Shown piece after piece: positions 52,493 to 64,000 of a DNA stretch of 64,000 bases. Source of the stretch: Hypanus sabinus (lineage: Eukaryota); NCBI RefSeq assembly GCF_030144855.1, contig NC_082712.1:172360001-172424000 (forward strand), read 5' to 3'. The translations under genes and the position numbers were made by a program. Position 1 is the first letter of the stretch. Each line of letters starts with the position of its first letter. Below the pieces are notes generated by a model, which was given only the letters and a program-made list of their open reading frames with translations, made no database searches and was not told the origin of the DNA.

Positions 52493-52741
52493 TGTACCTA
52501 ACAAAGTGGCCTCTGAGTGGATAACAAACATCAAAAGGCACTGTGAAAACACCACCAAACCTACCTCTGCAAAATCCTCCAAATACACTGAAAGGTTAAG
52601 TGAATGAATGTTAGCATCTTCTCCTTGGTCAACATTCCTAGAATTAAGGGCCCTAATTACTCTTAGTCTGATTACATTGGATAAACAATGCCATTTACAT
52701 GTTTGACATCAATCTTCTGAAAGATACTATCCATTCCAAAA

Positions 52742-53135
52742 CAACACACACAAAATGCTGGAGGAAACAGTCGAGTTTTGGGTTGAGATCCTTCTTCAGG
52801 ACTGGAAAGGAAGGGGGAAGACGCCAGAATAAAAAGTTATTGGGACAGAAAGGAAGATAGCTGGAAGGTGATAAGTGAAGCTAGGAGGGTAGGAAAGATA
52901 AAGAGCTGGAGAGAAAGGAATCTGGTAGGAGAGGAGAATGGACCATAGGAAAAAGGGAAGGAAGAGGGAACCCAAGGAGAGGTGTTAGGCTGGTGATAAG
53001 AAGTAAAAGGCCAGGAATAAAAGAGACAGGGAGGAGGATTTTTTTTAACTGGAAGGAGAAATCGGTATTCATGCCATCAGGTTGGAGACTATCCAGACAG
53101 AATATATGGTACTGCTCCTCACACTGAGGCTTCAT
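52742..53135 (-). mobile_element. Penelope-like element 3' fragment
   Basis: ORF 52881..53135 EEQYHIFCLDSLQPDGMNTDFS resembles the end of a GIY-YIG domain (E...I..L.TL.P.GLN), followed by the terminal-repeat arm with a decayed hammerhead. Confidence 0.7.
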
Positions 53136-54136
53136 CCCATTCTAGAGTATTTACAATGGTTTTGAAATCTTGAAGACAAACATCAGGAGCTCACAGTCCT
53201 GATATAAGCAGTGGGAGTAAAGCATCACCTAAAAAACAAACTTTTTTCTGTCTCCTGAGCCATCTGTAGAAAGGTCTGGGACTTCTACATCAGCCTTACC
53301 GGCTATTTCTGAACACATAAAACTGGAAGCAGAAGCAGTAGCACAAAGTCCTCAATCCTGAGAAGTTGCCCAAAAATGAAGGAGTAGGAGGTTATAAGTA
53401 CAAGAAACTCTGTTGATGCTGGGAATCCAGAGCAACACACACACAAACACAATGCTGGAAGAGCTCAGCGTGCCAGGCAGCATCTACGGAGGGGAATAAA
53501 CAGTCAATGTTTCAGACCAAGATACTTCATCAATCCCTAGGAGATTTCTATGCAAAAGTGACTGTTACATACACTTGAAAAATAACTTTCAGAGAATAAC
53601 TTGATGAAGAGTGACAGTAGATGTTGAACCACCCTAAAAATTAAGTGTAAGCTAAATGTTGTGATAATGTAAAATTAGTTATTTGGGGCAAGTTACAAAG
53701 AGACAAAGTGCTTAATAGGAACTTTGGAATATGGTTGCAGGAGAACAAGATGAACTCTTGATCTCTCAGTATATTTTGACATGGCCCCTGCATGTTATTT
53801 ATCTATCTGTACTGCATTTTCAATGTAATGGTAACACTATATTCATGCCTACTTTTACTATTTCTTTCCTTTTTATTACCTTGATCTACTTTTGTCTGGA
53901 TGGCATAGAGACAAAAGGTTTTCAGTATATCACAGTACCTGTGGCAAAGAAAAATCAATTAGCGGTAACCAAGGGAAGGTCTTGTCTCCCAAATTTGAGT
54001 TAGTTATTTGACTCAGTCATTCAGGAATTGCTTCTTCCCCTCTGCCATCTGACCATCTGATTTCTAAATGGATATTGAACCCATGAACACTATGTCTCTA
54101 CTCTTCTTATTTTAATTTTTGCTCTACCGATTTAAC

Positions 54137-54161
54137 TATATATATATATATATATATATAT
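54137..54161. repeat. (TA)12 microsatellite
   Basis: Direct reading. Confidence 0.95.
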
Positions 54162-54339
54162 TTACTGTAATTCACATTTTTCCTATTATTATGTATTGTG
54201 TTGTACTGCTACTGTAAAGACAACAAATTTCAAGCCATATGCTGGTGGTAATGGAACCTGATTCTGATTTGAATCATGTGCATGGACTTCGCTTCCATAG
54301 CACAGGTGTGTTGGGCCTGTTGCAGTACTGTATTTCTAA

Positions 54340-56050
54340 ATAAATATATTGATTAGAAATGTAAGCATAGAAATGGCGGATACAGTTTAATCCAGACAAG
54401 TGTGATGTGATGCATTTTGGGATGTCAAATACAAGTGGAAAGTATACAGTAAATAGCAGGAAACTTAGGAGCAGCAATGTATAAAGGAATTTTAGGATGC
54501 AAGGTCATAGTTCCTTTGACAGCGGCAATGCAACTGGATCGTGTTAAGAAGGTATACACTACACTTGCCTTTGACAGTGGCAATGCAACTGGATCGTGTT
54601 AAGAAGGTATACACTACACTTGCCTTTGACAGTGGCAATGCAACTGGATCGTGTTAAGAAGGTATACACTATACTTGCCTTTGACAGTGGCAATGCAACT
54701 GGATCGTGTTAAGAAGGTATACACTATGCTTGCCTTTGAAAGTGGAGGCACAGAGTATACAGGTTGGACTGGCGTGTTGCAGCTGGATAAAACTCTGGGT
54801 AGGACACTTGGAGTACTCTGTGCAGTTTTAGTTGCCACGTTCCAGGAAGTATGTGGAGGCTTTGGAGAAAGTGCAGAAGGGGTTCACCTGGATATAGCCT
54901 ACGTTGCAGTATACTAGCTATAAGGAGAGGCTGGACAAACTTGGATGGTGTTCTCTGGAGGTGACATAAGAGAAGTATAAGAAATAAGGAGAAGCTTTGA
55001 TCATGTAGATGATCAGATAATTTTTAACCAGGGTGGAAATGTCCAATACACGAAGGCAAAAGTTTAAGATGAGAGAGAGAAAGATGAAAGGAGATGTATG
55101 AGGCACTTTATTTTATGCAGAATATTGAGTGCCTGCAATGTATTGCCAGGGGAGTTGGTAGAACCAGATGCAATAGGAATTGTAATTACAGAGTCCAGAG
55201 GAAGTTCAAGAGAATGATTCTGGGAATGAAAGGGTTAACATATGAGGCGTGTTTCATGATTCTGGGCCTGTACTCTCTGGAGTTTACAAAATGAGGGGTG
55301 GATCATATTGAAACCCACCAAATATTATCGAGTGTATGTGGAGAGGATGCTTCCTATAGTGGGGGAGTCTAGGACCCGAGGGCACAGCCTCAGAATAGAG
55401 GGACATCCATTTAGAATAAAGAGGAAGTGGAATTTCTTTGACCAGAAGATGGCAAATCTGTGGCATTCATTTCCACAGATTGCTGTGGGGCTCAAGTCAT
55501 TGGTATATTTAAATTGGAAGTCGCCAGGTTCTTGATTAATCAGGACATCAAAGGATACAGGGAGAAGGCAAGACAATGAGGTTGAGAGGGATAATAAATC
55601 AGCCATAAAGGAATGGCAGAGCAGACTTGAATGGCAAATGGTCTAATTCTGCTCCTCTGTCTTATGGTCAATGTTTAAGAGGCATTTAGACACATGAATA
55701 GGTGGAGGATAGAGAAAGCTGAACCTCATGCAGCAAGATGGGACTAGTTGGAATGGCATTATGTTCAAGGTAGACATGGTGAGTTGAAGGGTCTGTACTT
55801 TAATTCAATGAAAGTGGCATCACAGATAGATAGGGTCATAAATAAAGCTTTTGGTATGTTGGCCTTCATAAATCAAATTATTGAGTACAGGAGGTTAAAT
55901 ATGTTGAAGTTGTATAAGACATTGATGAGGCCTAATTTGGAGTATTGTGTGCAAGTTTGGTCACTTATTTACCAGGAAAGGTGTAAATAAGGCTGAAAGA
56001 GTTCTGAGAAAAGTTACAAGGATGTTACTGGATCTGGAGGATCTGAGTTA
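54340..56050 (+). mobile_element. Cluster of CR1 LINE fragments
   Basis: FNPDKCDVMHFG, RTRGHSLRI and KAFGMLAFI...LYKTLMRPNLEYCVQVWS remnants. Confidence 0.85.
54513..54745 (+). repeat. 55-bp minisatellite, 4 copies plus a partial unit
   Basis: Unit cctttgacagtggcaatgcaactggatcgtgttaagaaggtatacactacacttg starts at 54513, 54568, 54623 and 54678. Partial unit at 54733. Confidence 0.95.
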
Positions 56051-56574
56051 AAGTGCAAAAAGTGTTGGCGAGGAATACCAGTGTAGGCTTGGAGCATGGG
56101 CTATTCTATGTAGCCAATGAAAAGACAGGCACAGCCAAGGCTCATGTGAGTGCTCACGACTACACCTTTAGTTCGAAGTGGGAGGGGCCAAAAGAGAAAT
56201 TGTTGAGTGGGAGAACCAGTTCAAACAGAAAGAGGAGGGAGGTAGTGGAGGGGATCTTGTCAAGTCTGTGGTCTAGAAAAATGTGGAGAGATGAATGAGG
56301 GACTGTACATCCATAGTGCAAATAATTTGATCAAGGCCAGAGAATTGAAAGAGATTGAGTGATGGAAGGCATGTGAGGTATCATGGATGTATCCTGATAG
56401 GAACGGAAGTATATAGGAACTGGATGTTCATGCTGAAAGTAAGGCAATCAGGGCCAGGGAACTGAAAATGATTGAAGTGATGGAGGGTGACAAGGACAGA
56501 TTTAAAGTTAATGAACAGAAGAAAGGCATGGGGGATGTAATGATGTACTTTCCTATCTTTGTGCCATGGCAAAT

Positions 56575-56935
56575 TGAGATTGTTGGTCGATGATGCGGTT
56601 TGAGTATCTCAGAAACTGCTGAACTCCTGGGATTTTCACACATAACTGTCTCTAGAGTTTTCAGAGACCAGTGTGAGAAACAATACAATTCCAGTGAGCA
56701 GCAGCTCTCTGGGCGAAAATGCCCTATTAATGTGAGAGGTCAGAGAAGAGTGGCCATACTGCTTCAAGCTGTCAGGAAGGCAACAGCATCTCAAATAACT
56801 ATGCATTCCAACAGTGTTATGGAGAAGTGCATCTCTGAATGCACAACTTGTTGAACCTTGAAGTGGATGGACACATCAGCAGAAGAATACACTGGGTTCC
56901 ACTCCTGTACTTAATAAAATGGCTACTGAGTGTAC
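56575..56935 (+). mobile_element. Tc1-like non-autonomous element, partial
   Basis: tctcagaaactgctga...ggattttca (SETA.LLGFS) and right TIR tgtacttaataaaatggctactgagtgta. Confidence 0.75.
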
Positions 56936-57918
56936 TAGGTCAATTGTCACCTCACGCCTACCTTAACCTCCAATGTGATCGTGACTAACCTGCCTCAACT
57001 TCACTTTTGGGACAGATCTTCATATCCTGGATATCTCCAATTTTTTTTCAACAATTTATCTATTTTCTCCTTAAATATCATCAATGATCTAGCTCTCACA
57101 ATACTCCAAAGAAGAGAATTACAGAGATTCATTGCTGTCTTTGCGAAGAAATTCTTACATGTCATTGGACGATTGCCCTCTTTTTTTGTAACTATAGGAT
57201 TGGAAACAGGTGGTCTCAATGCTGAAGGTTTCAGGTTAAGCACACAACTGAAGGCAGTACTACTTTCAAATGTTGCTGATCAGGAGTAGCATGTAATTGA
57301 GTAACGAGATGGTTATGCAGCGATTCTTTTGAGACTCCAGAGGTAACAGTGGAAGCCAAAGGAGGCATCCCAGTTCCCTTTATCAGAGAATTAGGAATGA
57401 GCAATAAATGAGAGTTTATCAGTATTATTGGTATTTTGAACAAGATGTGAATATTAAATATAATTCATTAATGTGATATTGTATCAGAGGTAAAGACAAT
57501 GAAAGAAACCATTAGTTAAAATAATGACATTGCTATGTTTTTCAAACTATATAAATTGAATGATTTTGTAATTCTCAAAAATGATCAGGTGCTGCTCTAC
57601 TTTCTGAACAGTTCATTTACCTTAAAAGACAGCTGAAAAAACATTTACTGCCAAAACATACTGGACTTTAAATAAATGAATGTACTCAATAATTATCTGC
57701 TACATTAAGTATTTGTACCCATTCAATGTGCAAGCTATAAGAGCATATTCCTTTATTAATGTGTTAATAGGATTCATAAAAAAGTTATTCCATTCTGAAG
57801 CTATTGTCAAGTTATTCATCACAAAAAAGCTGACATTATAGCTACCTAATTTCAGATTTTTTTGAAATAATATATCGTCACACTGATTAATTATTGTTGC
57901 AAAAACAATAGTAGAACA

Positions 57919-58461
57919 TATACTTAATGGCCAATTTATTTACTACACCTTACACTGGCTTGTTAATGCAAATATCAAATTAGCTAATCATGTGGCAGCA
58001 AAAAGCATGCAGACATGTTCAAGAGGTTCAGTTGTTGTTCAGACCGAATGTCACAATACAGAAGAAATGTGATCTAAGTAACTTTGACCACAGACTTACT
58101 GTTGTTGCCAATCAGGGTGGCGTGAAATGTCAGAAACTACTGCTCCCCTGGGATTTTCATGCATAACAGTCTCAAGAGTTTATGTAGAATGATGCAAAAA
58201 ACAAAAAAGCACCCTATGAGTGGTAGTTCTGTGGGTGAAAATGCCTCGTTATTGAGAAAGGTCACTGGAGAATGGTCAGATTGGTTCAAGCTGACGGGAA
58301 GGCAACTGTAATTCAAATAACCATTTGTAACAACAGTGGTGCGCAGAAGAGCATGTCTGAATACACATTTCAAACCTTGAAGTGGATGGACTACAGCTGT
58401 GGAAGACCACAAACATACACTCAGTGGTGACTTTGGGTACCTAATAAAGTGGGCACTGAGC
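57919..58461 (+). mobile_element. Tc1-like non-autonomous element, near full length
   Basis: Both TIR-like ends and a body colinear with 51088-51535. Confidence 0.75.
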
Positions 58462-59284
58462 ATCGGACAAAGTCAGGGAAATGGTACAGTTCAGGGTAAT
58501 ATGAAACAAGTAGATTTTAATTTGCAATTGGGATAAAAATTAGCTTTAGAGTTCAGTTTCATCCTGCTTTGCTATCAGACATAGCTCATGAACTCATATC
58601 AGTTTCAGAAGAAATGCACACAAACAGCTTTGGAACAATGAGTGTGAACAGAATCCTGAATTCAAAACCAAATTAAAAAAAAACACAATTGCAACTTCTG
58701 GAAATTTTGTAAAGTTTTGATGGAGAGTCTTTGAAAAGAAATGTTACTTCCAGTTTTCTCCCCAAAGCTGCAACATGTTTCTGGTACTTACAGTACAAAT
58801 TATATACTTATATCCCCTACTCCAAAGTCTACTGAAGAATATTTTACTCCCTGTCCACCATGTCATATCTAAGTTCATCCTCTGTTGCTTAACTGACTTT
58901 CAAACAGGACAACAGCACATTCATCTCCCTAGTTTATTCTGATCAGAGATTACACCTTTCCCTTTTTCCAAACATGTCTCATTTAGTGGATCTAAGGTGA
59001 CACTCAATCTATTGTATCACACTCTGCTGGGAAACAGATTTGGCATACAAATCAGTGGCAACAATTTATGAAGTTTGAAAGGCAGTATAACAGAACTTTC
59101 TATAAACTGGAAATAATGAACTTGTTCTAAGGTTTTGTTGCTGGAGAGCCACAGTTCTATGAGAAATATCATAACATAAGCAAAGATTTTCTGAGGAGAC
59201 ATGGCTTTATCACTGCAACCAGACTGCTACAGAAAAGGTAATTAGAATAATCATGTATAAAGTATTCCACTTAAGGAGTCTAAC

Positions 59285-59473
59285 CTGGAGGAGGTATGCT
59301 GGCACGGTAATAATACAAGCGGAGAGAGATGTTCTGAGAAGTCCACGGAGTGCATACAGAAATTTAGTCAGACTGTACGCAGATTCAGGGTTTTCATTAA
59401 GGCCAACATCGTCTCCCCATAATACTGAGCCAAGTGAATGGATTCCTATCCGCAGGATGTTCCTCTGTTTAGT
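59285..59473 (-). CDS. ELP4: ELP4 internal coding exon (human exon 7 equivalent), 189 bp
   Basis: cctacag|ACT AAA CAG...CTC CAG|gttaga encodes [63 protein letters not shown], the characteristic ELP4 segment. Lies inside ORF 59210..59563. Confidence 0.97.
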
Positions 59474-60930
59474 CTGTAGGAAGAGAGGTGCAAATGAATG
59501 TGACAAAACAGCAGGGGTTTGCTTATAAATGACACCCTTCCTACCCAGTTTGCATTCTAACATACAAGAGCTACAACAGCTACTGGACAGGTGACGAGGC
59601 TTTGAAATTTCTGTCTGGACTTGCTTTCCAGCTGCCTAACGGCTCATAAAACAGCTTGTTTCCTTGGCATATCAACAGGGAAGGATATCAGTAGAACCTT
59701 AATAAGAGCTGCACTTTTGCAAAGCCTACATAGCTGCTAGCAAAGTGCCAAGAAAGGATCAGCGTATGCTAGACTTCCAGCTGGTTTGGGCTAGGATTCT
59801 ATTAACAAACGCTGCCTGTGGAATCACAAACGATTCATGCTACCAAAAAGGATAGCTTATTCTATACTTTTACTTACATGGAGAGACCAGTTGCCTAGAC
59901 ACACAAAGAGCATTGTGTAAATTTTTGTTTGATCATATGTGGCTGGTAGTGACAAAGAAGCAAAATGAGACAGAAATCAATTGAAGAAAATGTGTAAAAT
60001 ATAATTGTTTACAAAGATATTTAATAAAATTAAACATAGTTGCTCAAACCCACTGAATCAGATGAGTTTGCTAAAAGACCCAGTGTGTGTACATTTATAT
60101 GGTTTCACCACATATGCTGTCGCTTTTTGAGATACCCGGCTTTGGAAGACCTGTCATCTTGCTACAGAAACAGCTAGGCACACTATACTGTGGGAACTGT
60201 TAAGACATGCCTGTTGCCATGGTTACTACTGGGAAGGGGAGAGGTGTCTGTCAGGGACCAATTTACTTCTCCAAAGGGGTTTTGCCTCCACAGGGAAAGA
60301 CAGCCTGTCCAGATCTGTGTCGAAATCTCAGTAGAGATTGTGAGCTGAGCAATAACAAGCTAAATTAAGATACAAGTATTAGTAATATCTAAAGTTGCTC
60401 TGAAGTTTTTCTTCAGTTTGAGGCTCAGGCTCAGCCAATTTAGTTAACATTGTTGAAATGTTGACTGCACAGCCTCCAACAAACTTGAATTAACTAAGCT
60501 TTTCCCTGCAACAAAAAGATTTTCTTGGTCATGGTTCTGTCAAGGCTACAAGTTTTACAACAGAGATATTTTCATTACAACATCAATGTAAAACGCCTAA
60601 TGTAGCTTAATGTGGAGTCAGGCTAAGCCACTTTCTTGAATGGACAGCTCCTTTTTAGGTGCTCAGTGACTAATGATGCCAAAGCACACTGCTTATGCAC
60701 ATCAATGCTTGTACCCAATAGAGATGAGGAAAGCTCAAAACGTGAGGCAAATGCATATTAACATATGACCCACACTCTGTCTTTGCAATGCTTGTTTACT
60801 TCAGCTGTGCTTAGAAACAGCTTGTTCATTGTTGATTATTCCAAGCCCTTCCGGCTGCACCCTGGAGAGCGCTATGAAAACAACATTAGTTACTTGATTA
60901 CAGAAGACACTAAGGGCTTGTGCACCATAC

Positions 60931-61015
60931 CTGGGGACCGGTTCCATCAAATCTTTCCTCACGGATGACTCTCTGTATGGCTCTAAGCAGCTTGACGTAA
61001 CCAAAGTTCATGTTA
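60931..61015 (-). CDS. ELP4: ELP4 internal coding exon (human exon 6 equivalent), 85 bp
   Basis: Minus strand reads ttttttttgatag|T AAC ATG AAC TTT GGT TAC...GGT CCC CAG|gtatgg, giving NMNFGYVKLLRAIQRVIREERFDGTGPQ, similar to human [24 protein letters not shown] (recalled). Ends in phase 0, matching the next exon. Not shown in this frame in the ORF track. Confidence 0.92.
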
Positions 61016-63224
61016 CTATCAAAAAAAAAGTGTGAAATGGAAGTCACAAATTAAAAAAAAATCACTTTAGCACTCCATTGGTAGTTTTATGCATTTAATG
61101 AGAAAAATCTACAATGTCACACACGAATAGAATATGGGGTGGGGGTGGATGTTGCTGAGAAAACTTGGAAAATGAGGTTGATGTCAGATTTGTGTCAATG
61201 AGTGGTTAATAGTTGGCACACATTTGATGGGCTGAAGGGCCTGATATCACTGTGTAAGTTTAATATTAAGCAGCGTGCTCTTTCTGAGAGAAAATTATGA
61301 CCTTTATTTAATGTAGATAATACTGATGAAATGGTTTTCTCAAACTAAAATATTTTCAGCGCAAAGCCAACACAGCTGATTTCTAATGAGCACATGACTT
61401 AAACAATAAAGATTTTGTTTAAGATTATTATATTTAGAAAACCACAGATCCATTAGATGTGAATAAGTGAAATACTTTCCATGGACTGGATATTAATCTA
61501 TTCCAGCTATATTATGAATTAAAAACCTGCAAAAGTAGTTTTTTATAACTTTTAAGCAAACGACAAGGATTTGCCTAAATGAAGATTACTCAAATTTTGA
61601 GTGTAATACAAAGTACACATCCTTTGCCTTCCACCCAGGTTTCTGCAGCTCTAGTTCTATTTATAACCTGTAGTCCCAAGCCAAAGCAAAATCTTAATTT
61701 CATTCTAAACTGCTTAAGTGAAAAATAAAACAGAACTAATAAATTGAGTTCACAGCACAGCCATATAAATAAAATGCACCCTGGGAGTCAGCAGTCATTC
61801 GCTTCTATTAACTACCTCAGTGACCTGACACCATATGAAAGGGATATTCTGCAGAGACAAGGATGCCTTAATTATGTCAGGCTCACTTACCTCCTAGAAA
61901 ATTAATGATTTAATGAAGCAACTTAAAAGATGAAACCACCACAGCATTTCTGTGTTAAATCGTAGATTAATTAACATATTGTTAATGAACTGCCACAGCA
62001 AGCACACCTGATCAAAGTCCTCATCACCTGAGCTCATCTTGTTGAAATTTTGTAATTTTAATAAAAACATTTAGCAAAATGTTTTTTTTCTGACTCCTTC
62101 CAAAATAAACTGATGATTACGCCACAATATGTTGCTGCTTTGGTCAAGAAAATACAATTGAAGTGACATGCAAATATCCATTATAAACTACAGGTAGATG
62201 ACGGACAACTGAACAAATATGAATATTAGTGGAAAAATATTCACTTCCAATTTTTGAACATATAAAGTACGAAGCAGATATAATATCAAGTAATTTCTTT
62301 GCTTTTAATAGGTCAATTTGTTAAGGTTACAAATAACATTAAACAAAGTATAAAGGCATTGAACAGAACATAAAAAAATGAAAGTACAAGTCAGGCAGAA
62401 AAAATCTCCTCCTAAATAAATGATTAAATAACTCAGACAAAAGGCACAAATTAGTTTCTCCCAGCTTACATGTGGGAACATATAGGAGTTTGAATATTTA
62501 CTATTCTACTTCATGTGAAATTTCATGCAACTGAAAGAATGCTTTGTTAGTTCCATAATTCCCTGCACTATTCATTCTTTAAGAGAAACCTTTAAAAGCT
62601 TTAAATGAGTTAAGTTAGAAATTGGTGATCATGAACTGGCTAAATCAGTATTTTTAAAAATGGAAATAGTAAAAGTATTTGTACAGTACATGAAATATTT
62701 GTAAAATAAATTTGGCATTCCTTCTTTTCACTTGATGATGATGCAATTCCATAACATTTCTAAATTAAATACCATAAGTGACAGTATTATCTAGATTAAC
62801 ATACTAAAAGTTTACATAAAGAGCAAGATAACACTTGAGTGTTTCAAGCAAACTTGCTTGACATAAAAAGATCAGACCTTGAGAAGCTTATGATAATAAG
62901 CTTATGAGTCCTTCTGGTAATCCACAATTATCTCTAAATTCTTCAATAAAATGAAATCTGATCAGCCAACAGCAACAAATTTCATGACATATGCCACTGA
63001 TATTAAACCTGATTTTGATTCTGATTCTGAGCTGTTATTGACAGTTGGTTATGAAATCTAGAATAGATTCAAATTAATATAAGTGCCAAAAATAATGTTT
63101 GCATTGTGCAAGGTAATAATATGTACTAAATGCAAGTTAAGAATTCTATTTCATTATTATTTAAAAATAATTCACTAACCAGGATAAAAGGGAAGTTTAA
63201 ATTTAAAAAAAAGTCAGGTCAAGA

Positions 63225-63452
63225 CATTTGAGAGGTGAGGGCTAAGTTTCTTACTCAGAGAATCGTAGATGCCTGGAATGTGCTGGCTGGCATTGAGGCA
63301 CATATATTAGAGGATTTTAAGATACATTTGGATAGGCACAAGCATGTAAGGAAGACGAGGAATATGGGCATGGTGTAGGTAGAAGGGATTAGTGTTTGGG
63401 TGTTTTTGATTTGCTTTTTAGCTAGTTCCTGTGCTGTACTCTTCTATGTTCT
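63225..63452 (+). mobile_element. CR1 3' fragment
   Basis: ttactcagagaatcgtagatgcctggaatg...gttcctgtgctgtactcttctatgttcta. Confidence 0.7.
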
Positions 63453-64000
63453 AAGGTTTTAAGAGTTGAGGCTGGCCTGGTATACCGATTATTTGAAAAT
63501 TACAATACTGAGGTGGGGTGGAATGCAAGGAAACAAGGGACAGAATCAACTTACTTAAAGGAGGATTGAGATGAAAACATTTACCTTACAACACCTTGCC
63601 TCTAGAACCAAAGTCACCACTTAAGTTATTGAACTGCAGTAGGCAAATAGTGCTTATTTACTTGCACAAGCTCCAGGTCACTTCCTTTTGCTCATTGGAA
63701 CATACAGGAGAATCCCTATGCTTAACATCTGTAAAGCAACTATCCTCTATGACCCTGCTGTATAACACTGTCCTTCAATAATAAAGGTTCTCAGCAAAAT
63801 CATGGAAAATAAACTTCAGTGCACCAGCATGGCTCCAGCGGCTTTTGATAAAAATAGTATTTGAATACCAAGATATCAGAGTAATGACAAAGCTCATGGC
63901 TTATCAGGAAATGGTGATCTGTACACTTTTAAGACACGGACAACTTATAGCGGACACTGCGAAGATACTACTAATGGTATCTCCTCAAACTTCACTGGCA

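Larger units (their letters stand above)
51088..52520 (+). mobile_element. Tc1-like non-autonomous element with a templated insert and nested Rex1
   Basis: Left agtggccacttaattaggtaca, right tgtacctaacaaagtggcctctgagtg. Sister copies at 56575 and 57919. Confidence 0.8.
50740..52740 (+). mobile_element. RTE-clade LINE remnant split by a Tc1 MITE
   Basis: EIDNEIHHRLQCASKA-like segment at ~50920-50970, continuing after 52520 (ctctgcaaaatcctccaaatacactg...). Confidence 0.6.

Noticed and set aside
54513-54745. CRISPR-like array
   Set aside because: Head-to-tail repeats with no unique spacers, derived from CR1, in eukaryotic DNA.
59474-59563. N-terminal part of ORF 59210..59563 as ELP4 coding sequence
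   Set aside because: It lies upstream of the clear acceptor at 59474-59475. It is intronic read-through with no ELP4 similarity.
61016-64000. ELP4 exon 5 equivalent (FGHYYD motif)
   Set aside because: Not found on manual scanning. It is probably beyond the window.

Overview
Vertebrate, AT-rich, repeat-dense genomic DNA. The repeat set (HE1-like V-SINEs, CR1, Rex1/Babar, Penelope-like elements) points to a cartilaginous fish, probably a ray; this is inference. The only host gene I can support is ELP4 (Elongator subunit 4) on the minus strand. It has four internal coding exons (61015-60931, 59473-59285, 35682-35574, 34579-34473; 85/189/109/107 bp) with canonical AG/GT ends that splice into one open frame. 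As I recall them, these correspond to human exons 6-9. Positions 1-34472 are the start of the large last intron. In jawed vertebrates these ELP4 introns carry the PAX6 downstream regulatory region, and the window has many repeat-free, motif-dense blocks that look like such enhancers, though none can be named without alignment. The rest is fossil transposons, often nested. The most notable sequence-level observations are a Penelope-like insertion with inverted arms carrying a minimal hammerhead ribozyme core, a perfect 236-bp locally templated insertion, an L1-like 5'-end-only fragment inside a 15-bp duplication, a 55-bp minisatellite born inside a CR1, and a candidate 3-nt microexon. I see no evidence of a wholly new multi-gene system. 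Nearly all ORFs in the track are transposon remnants or noise.
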